Source: an uncultured Nitrospiraceae bacterium (GTDB lineage: Bacteria; Nitrospirota; Nitrospiria; Nitrospirales; Nitrospiraceae). Taken from it: a stretch of DNA of 64,000 nt. The DNA lies in contig CAWJWJ010000001.1 in the NCBI GenBank assembly GCA_963846575.1, forward strand, positions 960,001 through 1,024,000, read 5' to 3'. Numbering within the stretch: the first letter of the stretch is position 1; the number at the start of each line of letters is the position of its first letter. The translations under genes and the position numbers were made by a program. Below, piece after piece: positions 49,124 to 58,475 of the stretch. Under the pieces are notes generated by a model. It was not told the DNA's origin. It worked only from the letters and a program-made list of their open reading frames with translations, and ran no database searches.

Positions 49124-51487
49124 ATGTCGATGTCATCCGTCCGTCTGTCCCGGTCCCTCCGCCACAGCGATCACCCGCGCTCAGGTCCCGGGCATTCATG
49201 GGCCACGCCGATAGCGGGCGCCGGAAGAATGCTGGCCGCGCTGCTCTGCCTCGCGACCTTCACCGCCTGCATCGGGCCGCAGAAGCCGCCGCTCGCGCCG
49301 GAAACGCAGGAAGCTCCGCCTCCGGATGCGGAAGCTGCCAGCCCCTCACCGCCAGCCGGGCCGGTCGAACCCGACGCGCCGGTGGGACTTCCCCTGCCGC
49401 TTCCCCCCGCGCCCGACCGTGAGCGGCCAGCCGGGCCTCCTTCGCCGACGGCATCGGACGTGCCGGTCGTGGATGTCGAGCCGGTGCATGTGACGGCGCA
49501 GGCCGAGACCTATCAGGTCACCCATGCCACCACGGCGACCAAGACCGATACGGCCATCATGGACACGCCGATGTCGGTCAAGGTCGTGCCTCAGCAGGTC
49601 ATGCTCGATCAGCAGGTCGTCCGGGTCGATCAGGCGCTCAAGAACGTCAGCAGCGTCATCAGCGGGGCGGAAGGCGATATGCAGTTTAATGTACGCGGGT
49701 TCGACCAGTTCAATTTCTACCGCGACGGCTACCCGTTCCAGAGCCAGTGGTTTCACGCGGAGGACCTCACCAACATCGAGCAGGTGGAGGTCCTGAAAGG
49801 GCCGGGCTCCATCCTTTATGGACGGACCGAACCGGGCGGCGTCATCAATTTCGTCACCAAGCAGCCGCTGGACCAGCCCTCCTACAGCCTGCGCCAGCAG
49901 GTCGGATCCTATGGATGGTATCGCACCAACGCCGACCTCACCGGCCCTCTCACGGAGGATCGCCGTGTGTCCTACCGGCTGAACATCGGCTATCAAACGA
50001 ACCACACGTTCCAGGAATTCGGCAGCCAGGAGCGGCTGATCGTCTCGCCGCAGGTGCGATGGAGAATCACGGACCGGACCACCTCCACGGTCAAATACGA
50101 GTACAGCGATATCTCGCTCAACGGACGCGGCAACGTTCCCCTGTTGGGCAATCGCCCCGCGCCCATTTCACGGGAGCTCAACCTGGGTGAACGATGGAAC
50201 CTGCAAAACGACCGGTATCACCTGGTCTCGGTGTTGACGGACCATGCCTTCAACAAGGCCTGGACGCTCCGCCATCGCTTCAATTTCAGTCATCATCAGT
50301 TGACGATGACGGGTCAAAACGTCACGACGGCGGCGGCCAACGGAGACGTGAGCCGGTTCTTCTTCGCGCAGAATACGGACGGGAAAGACTATACGCGCAA
50401 TTTCTTTAATGCCCTCGAACTGACGGGCCGCCTGTCGACAGGGCCGGTCAAGCACACCCTCCTGTTCGGGGGAGATTACTTCCAGAGCGACATCCGGGCG
50501 ACGATGGCCTTCTCGCCGGCATTGGATGCCGGGATCAACCTGTTCAACCCCATCCATTCGGCGGGGCCGCCGGTGATCCAACCGGGAGACGTGACGACCT
50601 TCAATTGGTCGCTGCCCTGGTTCGGCCTCTACGCGCAGGATCAGATCGAGTTGCCCTACCATATCCATCTCCTGGCCGGACTCCGGTACGACAACGCGAA
50701 GACCTCGACCGCGAATGAGAACCTCGGCGTTCGAACGGACCGGATCAAGGATACCAACGACCGGATCTCACCGCGTGCCGCCTTGTTGTGGCGGCCCATT
50801 TCGGAGTTGTCGCTCTACGGCAGTTACACGGAGAACTTCGGCGCGTCGAACACCTTCACGGCCGCGAGTCTCACACCGCTTCCGCCGCAGACGGCCCAGC
50901 AGTGGGAGCTGGGGGCGAAGACGGAACTCTTCGGCGGGCGGTTTACCGGCACCCTCGCCTATTTCAACCTGACCAAGCAGAACCTGCCGGTGTTTTTCCC
51001 GACTGAAACCAGGGCGGTCGGTGAGGGGGAAAGCCGGGGACTGGAACTGGATGTCAGCGGAGAGATCCTGCCCGGCTGGAGCGTCATCGGCGCCTATTCG
51101 TACATACCCTTCGCCAAGACGACCAAGGACGATCCCGGCCTCGGGACGATGGGAAAGCGCTTGAACAACGCCCCGGTCAACAGCGGCAGCCTCTGGACGG
51201 TCTATCAATTTCAGCAGGAGGACCTGCGAGGACTCAGGGTGGGAGCCGGGGTACAGGGGGTCGGCGAACGGCAGATCGGCTTCGGCGAAACGGCCCAGGC
51301 CCCCGGGTACGTGATCGCCAACGCGATGGCGAGTTATCAGTGGCGGGTTGGAAGGGTCAAGTACATTGCCCAGCTGAACGTGGATAATCTGTTTGATAAG
51401 ACCTACATCGGGCACATCTTCTTCTATGGGCCCACGTATTACGGCATGCCCCGGTTTTATACGGGCTCGATCCGCGTGGAGTTCTAA
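49124..51487 (+). CDS. TonB-dependent receptor (siderophore-receptor-like)
   Basis: TATKTDT...DTP.SV.VV, VEVLKGPGSILYG..EPGGVIN plug; NVDNLFDK; terminal VEF; AGGAGAGG RBS. Confidence 0.95.
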   Translation: MSMSSVRLSRSLRHSDHPRSGPGHSWATPIAGAGRMLAALLCLATFTACIGPQKPPLAPETQEAPPPDAEAASPSPPAGPVEPDAPVGLPLPLPPAPDRERPAGPPSPTASDVPVVDVEPVHVTAQAETYQVTHATTATKTDTAIMDTPMSVKVVPQQVMLDQQVVRVDQALKNVSSVISGAEGDMQFNVRGFDQFNFYRDGYPFQSQWFHAEDLTNIEQVEVLKGPGSILYGRTEPGGVINFVTKQPLDQPSYSLRQQVGSYGWYRTNADLTGPLTEDRRVSYRLNIGYQTNHTFQEFGSQERLIVSPQVRWRITDRTTSTVKYEYSDISLNGRGNVPLLGNRPAPISRELNLGERWNLQNDRYHLVSVLTDHAFNKAWTLRHRFNFSHHQLTMTGQNVTTAAANGDVSRFFFAQNTDGKDYTRNFFNALELTGRLSTGPVKHTLLFGGDYFQSDIRATMAFSPALDAGINLFNPIHSAGPPVIQPGDVTTFNWSLPWFGLYAQDQIELPYHIHLLAGLRYDNAKTSTANENLGVRTDRIKDTNDRISPRAALLWRPISELSLYGSYTENFGASNTFTAASLTPLPPQTAQQWELGAKTELFGGRFTGTLAYFNLTKQNLPVFFPTETRAVGEGESRGLELDVSGEILPGWSVIGAYSYIPFAKTTKDDPGLGTMGKRLNNAPVNSGSLWTVYQFQQEDLRGLRVGAGVQGVGERQIGFGETAQAPGYVIANAMASYQWRVGRVKYIAQLNVDNLFDKTYIGHIFFYGPTYYGMPRFYTGSIRVEF

Positions 51488-51756
51488 CCGGGCCATGCTT
51501 GAAGACGCTTCCATCGCCACCGGGTCGCATCGCTTAGGAGGTACGTCCTGAATCTATACGGGTAGAGCCGTATCTATCATCGCTGTTCGCTGTCGGTCTC
51601 CAGGGCACCCGGTAGGCCTTCGAACCTGGGAGCGGGCGTCAAAGTTTCTCCGGTCGGACCACGGCTCTTGCCGGCCAACCGGGCAGCCGTCCCCGGTCGA
51701 ATGGTTCGCCGGGCGAGTAGCCACCCCGTTTCCAAAGGCCGTCCGATTTGGTATGC

Positions 51757-53178
51757 ATGGAGATGCTCTCAAGAGGATCCCCTGCGGCTGCACTGTGCCT
51801 GCTCGTCGGGTCGTTGTTTGCCCTCGTCGTTGGGTTCTACCGGCTGCAAGGTAACGGGGCGACATTTTTTTCGACGGGTTGGACATGGGTGATTCTAATC
51901 ATCCTTGTCAGCCTCCAGGTCTTCGCTGGCTACTCCCTCGTCTGCCACTCCCGGCATGCAAGACGAACCGGCTCGAAAGAATGTCGATTCGTCCTTTGGA
52001 CAGCGGCCGTTGCCCTTGTCTTGTTCTTCCTGATTGGAGAGGTGCTGCTACGAGTCGTTGCGGAGGAGACTCCGGAGGGACCTCTCCTGGGAAATGTCAC
52101 CTTGTTGCCGAGAGACTGGACAAGCGTAGTCAGCTATCGCCGGTCCCTTTGGGAGAGGACCTCGCGGGAATATGGCGTCTTTGTCCCGGATGAGGCGCTT
52201 GGGTGGACGGTCGGTCGCAATCGACAGGGCGTCGGGCCGTACGGCGAAACGTACCTGAGCAACGAAGACGGGCTGCGCACCGGGCAGAACGGGCCCACCA
52301 TAAAGAATGATCCTGCCGGCCTTCGGATCGCCATTCTGGGAGATTCCTATACGTTTGGCGAAGACGTCAGCTACGGAGACACGTGGGGACATCAGCTGGA
52401 AATGCTGATGGGGCCTGGAACTCAGGTGCTCAATTTCGGAGTGCCTGGCTATGGCATTGATCAGGCCTACCTGCGGTATCTTCGCGACGTGCGGGACTGG
52501 CATCCCCATGTCGTCATCCTGAGTTTTATAAGCCACGACTTGGTGAGAAGCGGGATGACCTATTATTGGATCGGTTTTCCGGGAGCCGCGGTTCCGGGAG
52601 CCAAACCCCGATTTTCCTACGTAGACAACCAACTCACCGTGCTCAACTACCCGCTGCCTGCTCCGGAGCGGATTTATTCCACCCCGGCCATCGAGGACCT
52701 GCCCTTTGTCCGGTCTGACAGCGCGTATCGTCCAACCGACTGGGATCGGCACCTCTATCAGTATTCGTATCTCTTGAGATTCGCGATTTCCTGGAATCCT
52801 CCGCAGCTGTCGTCGAGCTACGAACTCGACCAAGACGTTCAGCGGATTGACGAACGGATCCTTCAGGCGTTTGTCCGCGATGCAGCGGCGGCGAAGTCTC
52901 GTCCTCTGGTCGTGTTTCTCCCCGAGTACCGGGAGTTTCGAAACGCATCCGGACCGCTTTCAAAACGTGATCGTCTTGGAACGCGCGTGGCTCAAGCAGC
53001 CGGCGTAGAATTTCTTGATCTGACAGCCTGTTTGGAGACCGTCGACAACCACGATCGTTTTACGTCCGGATGGCACTACACGCGGGCGGCCAATGCGGCT
53101 GTGGCGCACTGTCTCCACAGAGGTTTGACGCGAAGCAATGCTGTGATGAGGCAGCAGGAGCCGCGTGCCTCTCGTTAG
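51757..53178 (+). CDS. Membrane-anchored SGNH/GDSL hydrolase-family protein
   Basis: Three N-terminal TM segments; LGDSYTFG, NFGVPGYGIDQ, HD, WHYT. Confidence 0.85.
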   Translation: MEMLSRGSPAAALCLLVGSLFALVVGFYRLQGNGATFFSTGWTWVILIILVSLQVFAGYSLVCHSRHARRTGSKECRFVLWTAAVALVLFFLIGEVLLRVVAEETPEGPLLGNVTLLPRDWTSVVSYRRSLWERTSREYGVFVPDEALGWTVGRNRQGVGPYGETYLSNEDGLRTGQNGPTIKNDPAGLRIAILGDSYTFGEDVSYGDTWGHQLEMLMGPGTQVLNFGVPGYGIDQAYLRYLRDVRDWHPHVVILSFISHDLVRSGMTYYWIGFPGAAVPGAKPRFSYVDNQLTVLNYPLPAPERIYSTPAIEDLPFVRSDSAYRPTDWDRHLYQYSYLLRFAISWNPPQLSSSYELDQDVQRIDERILQAFVRDAAAAKSRPLVVFLPEYREFRNASGPLSKRDRLGTRVAQAAGVEFLDLTACLETVDNHDRFTSGWHYTRAANAAVAHCLHRGLTRSNAVMRQQEPRASR

Positions 53179-53387
53179 CCGAATATTTCCCGCCACCTGG
53201 ATGATAGTTGCCTCCTATAAAAGATCTGTTCCATCGGATATTGCACCACCTGCCGGAGGCCTGGTTCATAAGCCATTGAATTGATTGGTCGAGGCCGCCG
53301 TCGTGGCGTCGGGCAGGGCTGCGCGTGCCGAATGCTATAGTTGTAATGTCAACACAGGTCACACCCCAGCACGAAGGAGCATGGTTC

Positions 53388-54176
53388 ATGAGGTATTCTG
53401 GCGCATCGCAATTGATCGTGGGCGGCATGGCAGTCGTCCTTTTAACGGCAGCCGGATGCAGCAGCATGAAGTGGTTTCAGTCGGGGTCGGATGAGGGGGC
53501 TGTCGCAGGGGCCGGGCAGCCGGGGTCCGAGGGCAGGTCTGCGATGAAGGGTGGCCAGGCAGGATCGGGTGACCTGTCCGAAGGAGCCACTCGCGGCTCA
53601 AATGGCGGTCTCGCAGGGGAAGAACAGATGCACGGCGGGACCTATCCTTCCCTCGGGCGGCAAGATGGCGCCGGTGAAGCCGAGGGCGGTCGATTGCGAG
53701 GCATTTCCCCTCTGGTGAACGGTCAGATTTCCGGCGAGGAACGACTCAGTCGGAGCGGCATGGGCGGCATGTCATTGTCAGGTGACCGGGACGAGCAGTG
53801 GCGCGCCCAGGTACGCCAGGAAGAAGCTGCGGCGATGGAAGCGGGCCTCAAGGATGTGTTCTACGGGTATAACCAATATAGTGTCTCAGAAAATGACGGC
53901 ATCGCGTCGCTGACGACCAATGCCGGCTGGCTGAAAGAGAATCCCACGTCACTCCTCAAGATTTCCGGACATTGCGATGAGCGTGGCAGCCATGACTACA
54001 ACCTCGTGCTCGGAGAAAAACGAGCGAAGGCCGCCAAGAGTTTTCTTGTCGATCTGGGTGTGAGCCCGAAGCAGGTGGCAATCATCTCCTATGGCAAGGA
54101 TCGCCCGTTCTGTGCCGACCATGACGAAGTCTGCTATCAGCAGAATCGGCGGGGTCATATGATGTTGCGCAAATAG
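53388..54176 (+). CDS. Pal/OmpA-family peptidoglycan-associated lipoprotein
   Basis: Lipobox AAGC; ISGHCDERGS..YNL.LGEKRA, SYGKDRP, QNRR. Confidence 0.92.
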   Translation: MRYSGASQLIVGGMAVVLLTAAGCSSMKWFQSGSDEGAVAGAGQPGSEGRSAMKGGQAGSGDLSEGATRGSNGGLAGEEQMHGGTYPSLGRQDGAGEAEGGRLRGISPLVNGQISGEERLSRSGMGGMSLSGDRDEQWRAQVRQEEAAAMEAGLKDVFYGYNQYSVSENDGIASLTTNAGWLKENPTSLLKISGHCDERGSHDYNLVLGEKRAKAAKSFLVDLGVSPKQVAIISYGKDRPFCADHDEVCYQQNRRGHMMLRK

Positions 54177-54485
54177 GCGAGAGGTCCCGGCGCCTTCCCG
54201 TGAGTGGGCGCCGGGGCAAAGTTAGCGCGCTGGTGGCTAATTCGGACCATCCGGCCTTCTCCCAATCCCGTCCTCCCCGATGACTTGCATCCGTCAGACA
54301 CTCCTCGCTATGAGTTGAGGATGCCCCCATGCCGGGAGGCCCGATAGGCCTCGTGACCCTGCCTTGATCGCTACCGCCGATCCCTTCCCAGTATCCTAGG
54401 GTGACAATGCTCGCGAGCTTGTGGTATCTGAGCCACAGCAGGTGACAGCCTTTTCGACGCCCATCTCGTACGAAGGAGTGTAATT

Positions 54486-54650
54486 GTGAACCAGCGCTTT
54501 GGGATTACCGTGAAGTTTCTCATTTCCGCCGACTCCCCAGAGGAGGCCGAAGAGATCATTGAGTCGGCTTGTGAGAAGATGGCCGCCTCGATCCATGAAG
54601 GCGACGTCAGTTACGAAGGCATCGAGGACATAGAAGAGGAAGATGAGTAA
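54486..54650 (+). CDS. Small acidic protein (54 aa), not in ORF track
   Basis: GAAGGAG RBS then GTG; MNQRFGITVKFLISADSPEEAEEIIESACEKMAASIHEGDVSYEGIEDIEEEDE. Confidence 0.7.
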   Translation: MNQRFGITVKFLISADSPEEAEEIIESACEKMAASIHEGDVSYEGIEDIEEEDE

Positions 54651-54774
54651 TGAAGCCCCTGGTCCTTTCCGCGTCGGGTACGCCCGGCATCCGGACTCGC
54701 CTGTGGCGTGGAGAGGATAGGGTGAGGGTTGCATACGCGGTCAGGCCCCGCCGGACAAACAGTGGAAGGCCATA

Positions 54775-56163
54775 ATGGATCCCGTCAGCTCCACCGAAAC
54801 CGATATTCGCCCGCCGGGTTTTCTGAACCGGATCCATCAGTCCAACAAGCAATATCTTCCGCAGTGGCTCGGGGTTCCGGCGCACATTCACCACCTCGCC
54901 TACCGGATGGCCAATCCGCCGGTGGAGCGGCCCAATAGCCGTCGCGAGTTTCAACACCTGCTTCAGGCTCTCGAGATTTCCGAGGGCGCCGTCGAGGAGC
55001 GATTCGGCTACGGATTCAAAGTGGCGTCGAATGGAGACCGGCTGGTCGTGGTCTGGGAAGCCCACACGGAATATTACAGCTACCAGGTGTGGCATGTGGG
55101 CAGCGAGGCGACGAGGGAGCTGGATTTCGGCCCGATTACGTTTCCCGGGTATATGATGCCGCTCTGCCCGCTCGGTCTGCGCGTGAATGCCCTCGACCTG
55201 TTGTGTCTGCCTCAGGAGTTGCCGCTTGAGCAGGAGCTTCCCGCTCGACTGCCCGGTGCCACGGTTTATGGCAGCCGTATCCTGAGCGACGACATCGTGG
55301 CTGTGACCAGCTTCACGCCGGATGAGCATGACCGGGAACGGTATCTGATCTGTTCGACATCGGAGCAGTCGCTCAGGCAGCAGGTCGCGAAAATTGTCGA
55401 CACGATCGTCGCCATCGAAAATTATTACCATCTGGTCATGTTGCCGATGAAGGCGTTTTCACGCGCCGTCGACCAGATTCACGATTACGAGCAGCGACAT
55501 CTCTACCAGAGGGCCGTCTTGATTGAACAGCTTGGCGAGACCCCGCCCCAAACCATGCAGAAATGGTTGACGGTGTTGACTCAAGATCTGCTGCAAGTCA
55601 GCCGGTTGGCCGAGTCGATGCGGTATCGGCTGTCCGCGTCGGTGCCCTACGACCGGATCGTTCAGAGTAATCTGGCTGCGTTACAGGAACGACCCTATGC
55701 GCCGCTCCGTCAACTCTCGGAATATGTGAGTTGGAAAATTACCGGGGTCACGGACGGCTATCAGCAGTTGCTCCGGCGAATCGATGCCATGGAAAAGGAC
55801 TTTGAGGCCACGGTGGCGGTGCTCCGCACGCATATCGAGTTGCGGCTGCAGGAGCAAAACATCGGACTGCAGGATCAGAATATGAAACTGCTGATCAGCG
55901 TGGATTCCACGACGCGGGCCCAGGCAATCCTGCAGCGCACGGTCGAGAGCCTGTCGGTAATCGTGATCACCTACTACCTGACCGGCTTGGGAAGCTATGT
56001 GATCAAGGCCTGTTATGAGATGGGGTGGCTGAAGAACGCCAATGTGGCGACGGCGATTTTCGTCCCGATCGCGTTCGGCATTTCCTTTGCCTTGATGACC
56101 GTCGGCAGGAAAATTATTGTGAAGCGTATGGCGAACCCGCCGAAGGATGAGGCGGGTCACTGA
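54775..56163 (+). CDS. DUF3422-like membrane-anchored protein
   Basis: WEAHTEYYSY, IENYY, LQRTVESLSVIVITYY plus two C-terminal TM helices. Confidence 0.8.
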   Translation: MDPVSSTETDIRPPGFLNRIHQSNKQYLPQWLGVPAHIHHLAYRMANPPVERPNSRREFQHLLQALEISEGAVEERFGYGFKVASNGDRLVVVWEAHTEYYSYQVWHVGSEATRELDFGPITFPGYMMPLCPLGLRVNALDLLCLPQELPLEQELPARLPGATVYGSRILSDDIVAVTSFTPDEHDRERYLICSTSEQSLRQQVAKIVDTIVAIENYYHLVMLPMKAFSRAVDQIHDYEQRHLYQRAVLIEQLGETPPQTMQKWLTVLTQDLLQVSRLAESMRYRLSASVPYDRIVQSNLAALQERPYAPLRQLSEYVSWKITGVTDGYQQLLRRIDAMEKDFEATVAVLRTHIELRLQEQNIGLQDQNMKLLISVDSTTRAQAILQRTVESLSVIVITYYLTGLGSYVIKACYEMGWLKNANVATAIFVPIAFGISFALMTVGRKIIVKRMANPPKDEAGH

Positions 56164-56260
56164 CTTTCTCTTCCCCGGCCTCCCGACTTGTCACCGGCCG
56201 TCCCCCTCATCCAGGAAGGTCAGCATGGGCCGGACGGGGCGGCAGTTTCAGTGATCCCTG

Positions 56261-56623
56261 TTATGCGGCGGCGAGTTCCCGCCGGTCGGTGCCAGCCTCG
56301 ACGACCGGGTCAGCAAGCAACGGACGAATCAGCTGCTGAATGCGGCGTTGTTCATCTCGCCGCACCCGGATAAATTCAATACCGACCTTCTGCCGCGTGG
56401 CCCATCGTACCTTCGCGAGCTCCACCGCGAGCGGCCGGGCCTGATCCGGCGCCATGACCTGCAATTCGAGATACTCACCGGGCTGAATGGGAAGGTCGGT
56501 CTCTATTGCGCAACCGGGTATGGAGAGGTTGACGACCATCCCCTCGCCCCTGATCGAATCACTGGAAAGCCGGACAGGGTAGGTGACCGCGGCGCGTGTC
56601 GATGAACGAAGATCCGTGTCCAT
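56261..56623 (-). CDS. Stand-alone PilZ domain protein
   Basis: RSSTR and NLSIPGC motifs; KVRW....GIEF. Confidence 0.88.
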   Translation of the reverse strand: MDTDLRSSTRAAVTYPVRLSSDSIRGEGMVVNLSIPGCAIETDLPIQPGEYLELQVMAPDQARPLAVELAKVRWATRQKVGIEFIRVRRDEQRRIQQLIRPLLADPVVEAGTDRRELAAA

Positions 56624-56666
56624 AAGGGCCTCCTTGCCTTACCCTGATTCCCGGGGCGTATAGGTG

Positions 56667-56695
56667 TTTTCGGTAGGGTTTCTCCTGAACTTTAG
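56667..56695 (-). promoter_or_regulatory. Possible sigma28-type promoter
   Basis: Minus strand CTAAAG-15 nt-ACCGAAAA upstream of the PilZ gene; spacing 1 nt longer than canonical. Confidence 0.4.
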
Positions 56696-57010
56696 GGGGG
56701 GATGAGGAAAAACCACGATCAATATCGCATAGGCGCAGGTGGTGGGCAGAACCCGATGGTCACCATCATGGGCTCTCCGGTCGGTCGTTCGAGGCTCCGG
56801 TCAGGAGCGGGCCGGGTTGCCGGGGCGACAGATGCCAGTGTGGCGGCGTCTCCCTACCGACAGCGCTGCGGAAGCGTTGCGGATCGGTGAACACAAGCCC
56901 ATCCGTGAAATGGGTGACCGCGGAGAGTGACCGGTTGATTTCGGCTGCGGAACAGCGTATCCCTTTTTGAAAGCGGGTGGTTCCGAACGCATTGATGGAT
57001 TCAGAAGAAG

Positions 57011-57337
57011 GTGGCCGTGGAGCGTCGCGACAGTCCCCGGTATGAAATCGAGGTGCCTCTGACCTTTTCCGGCGGTGATATTGCCGGGAGTGGTTTGATC
57101 ACGAGTCTCTCCCATGAAGGCTGTCACGTCGTGAGCGAGGAATCCTTGCCTGCCCGCGCCTGCCTGTCCCTCCATGTGGAATTTCCTGCTCCCTATGAGC
57201 CGCTCACCGTCGAAGTCGCAGAGGTCCGTTGGACGAATGCCGTGGGCTTCGGCCTTGTCTTTGTGCATGTGCACGCCGAAGAGACCGCGCGGCTGCAACG
57301 ATTTATCGATTGGCTGAAACGGACACACAACAATTAG
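57011..57337 (+). CDS. Stand-alone PilZ domain protein
   Basis: ERRDSPR and SLSHEGC motifs; EVRW....GLVF. Confidence 0.88.
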   Translation: MAVERRDSPRYEIEVPLTFSGGDIAGSGLITSLSHEGCHVVSEESLPARACLSLHVEFPAPYEPLTVEVAEVRWTNAVGFGLVFVHVHAEETARLQRFIDWLKRTHNN

Positions 57338-57377
57338 CCTGCGGGATTTCCGAGGCGAGCGAGGTCTCAATCGAGGC

Positions 57378-58310
57378 TTACTGCGCGGGAGTGGGGACGT
57401 CTACATGGACCGCGATGTGCGCGTCCCGGGTGCCGGCCGGGAACCGGGGAAACGGATGGGCATTGATGACGGCCAATAGGGCAGCCTGATCCAATTCGGT
57501 ATCTCCGGAGCTGCGTTCCACTTCCACCAGCTGGGCTTCGCCGTTGGAATAGAGGCGAAAACCGATACCCGGAACTCGTTGGATGCCCCGGTGCCGATAG
57601 GGCGCCGCCTCCTCCTGCATTCGCCGATGAATGAGCCGCTGCAGCATTTTCCAGTACCCCTTCTCCCGCGACAACCTGCCCTCCCCCGGGAGTTCTTCTT
57701 CCTCCACACGGTCCTCCAGCGCCGGAACGGACGCTGCGTCTGCTGTGTGTGAGGAGCGGTCGGGCATGTAATTTGAGAGGTCGGTGATGGTGGTCCGATG
57801 GTCCGCATATCCGGGAGTGGCGATGGTGAACACGACGGTGCGCTGCGCGAGTGGCTCCACGTGCGGCCCGCGCCGGCGGGCGATTTGAATCTGAATGGGT
57901 GTGGCCTTGGGGGGAGTCCCGATGGTCGTCGACAGCCGACCGAGGTCCACGGTGGCAGAATAGCGGTGCCGAACGGGATCCAGGTCCATCGGGATGGTCT
58001 GAGACGCAAAAGCCGGACTTTCGAGCATGACAAGGAATGGTTCGCTATGACGAGACGGTGATTCAGGGATATGGACGGAGACGGTGAGTCCTCGATTCAC
58101 GGGCAACGACCCGAACAGGCTATCGGCGGGCAACTCGATCAGCACATCCTGTGGCAGAAGCGAGGGCGGAGTACCGTCGGCCCACGTCGCGGTTCCGAAG
58201 CAGGCGGCGGTCAGCAAGAGGGCCGGAAACATTTTGCGCCGTGTCTGCTTGGGAACGACTCGTCCAGGCAACAGTGAAGGCGAGGGAGATCGAAAGGATG
58301 AGAACATCAT
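57378..58310 (-). CDS. Exported protein with C-terminal TonB_C-like domain
   Basis: VERSSGDTELDQAALLAVINAHPFPRFP. Confidence 0.75.
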   Translation of the reverse strand: MMFSSFRSPSPSLLPGRVVPKQTRRKMFPALLLTAACFGTATWADGTPPSLLPQDVLIELPADSLFGSLPVNRGLTVSVHIPESPSRHSEPFLVMLESPAFASQTIPMDLDPVRHRYSATVDLGRLSTTIGTPPKATPIQIQIARRRGPHVEPLAQRTVVFTIATPGYADHRTTITDLSNYMPDRSSHTADAASVPALEDRVEEEELPGEGRLSREKGYWKMLQRLIHRRMQEEAAPYRHRGIQRVPGIGFRLYSNGEAQLVEVERSSGDTELDQAALLAVINAHPFPRFPAGTRDAHIAVHVDVPTPAQ

Positions 58311-58475
58311 CTGGGCGAATTTCCAACTGGGTTGCCGGCTGATGATTCATCATCAGTACCACGGGCACGGCAGATCGCCTATTCAAATGGACAATCCAGC
58401 GCAGTCGAGCGCGGAGGTTGCGATGCAAGGAAGGGATCAGGCAGGATGGCCCATGCTCATTAAAAGGTGCGGGAT

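Noticed and set aside
56700..57010. c-di-GMP riboswitch between the PilZ genes
   Set aside because: Could not find the GEMM consensus elements on either strand.
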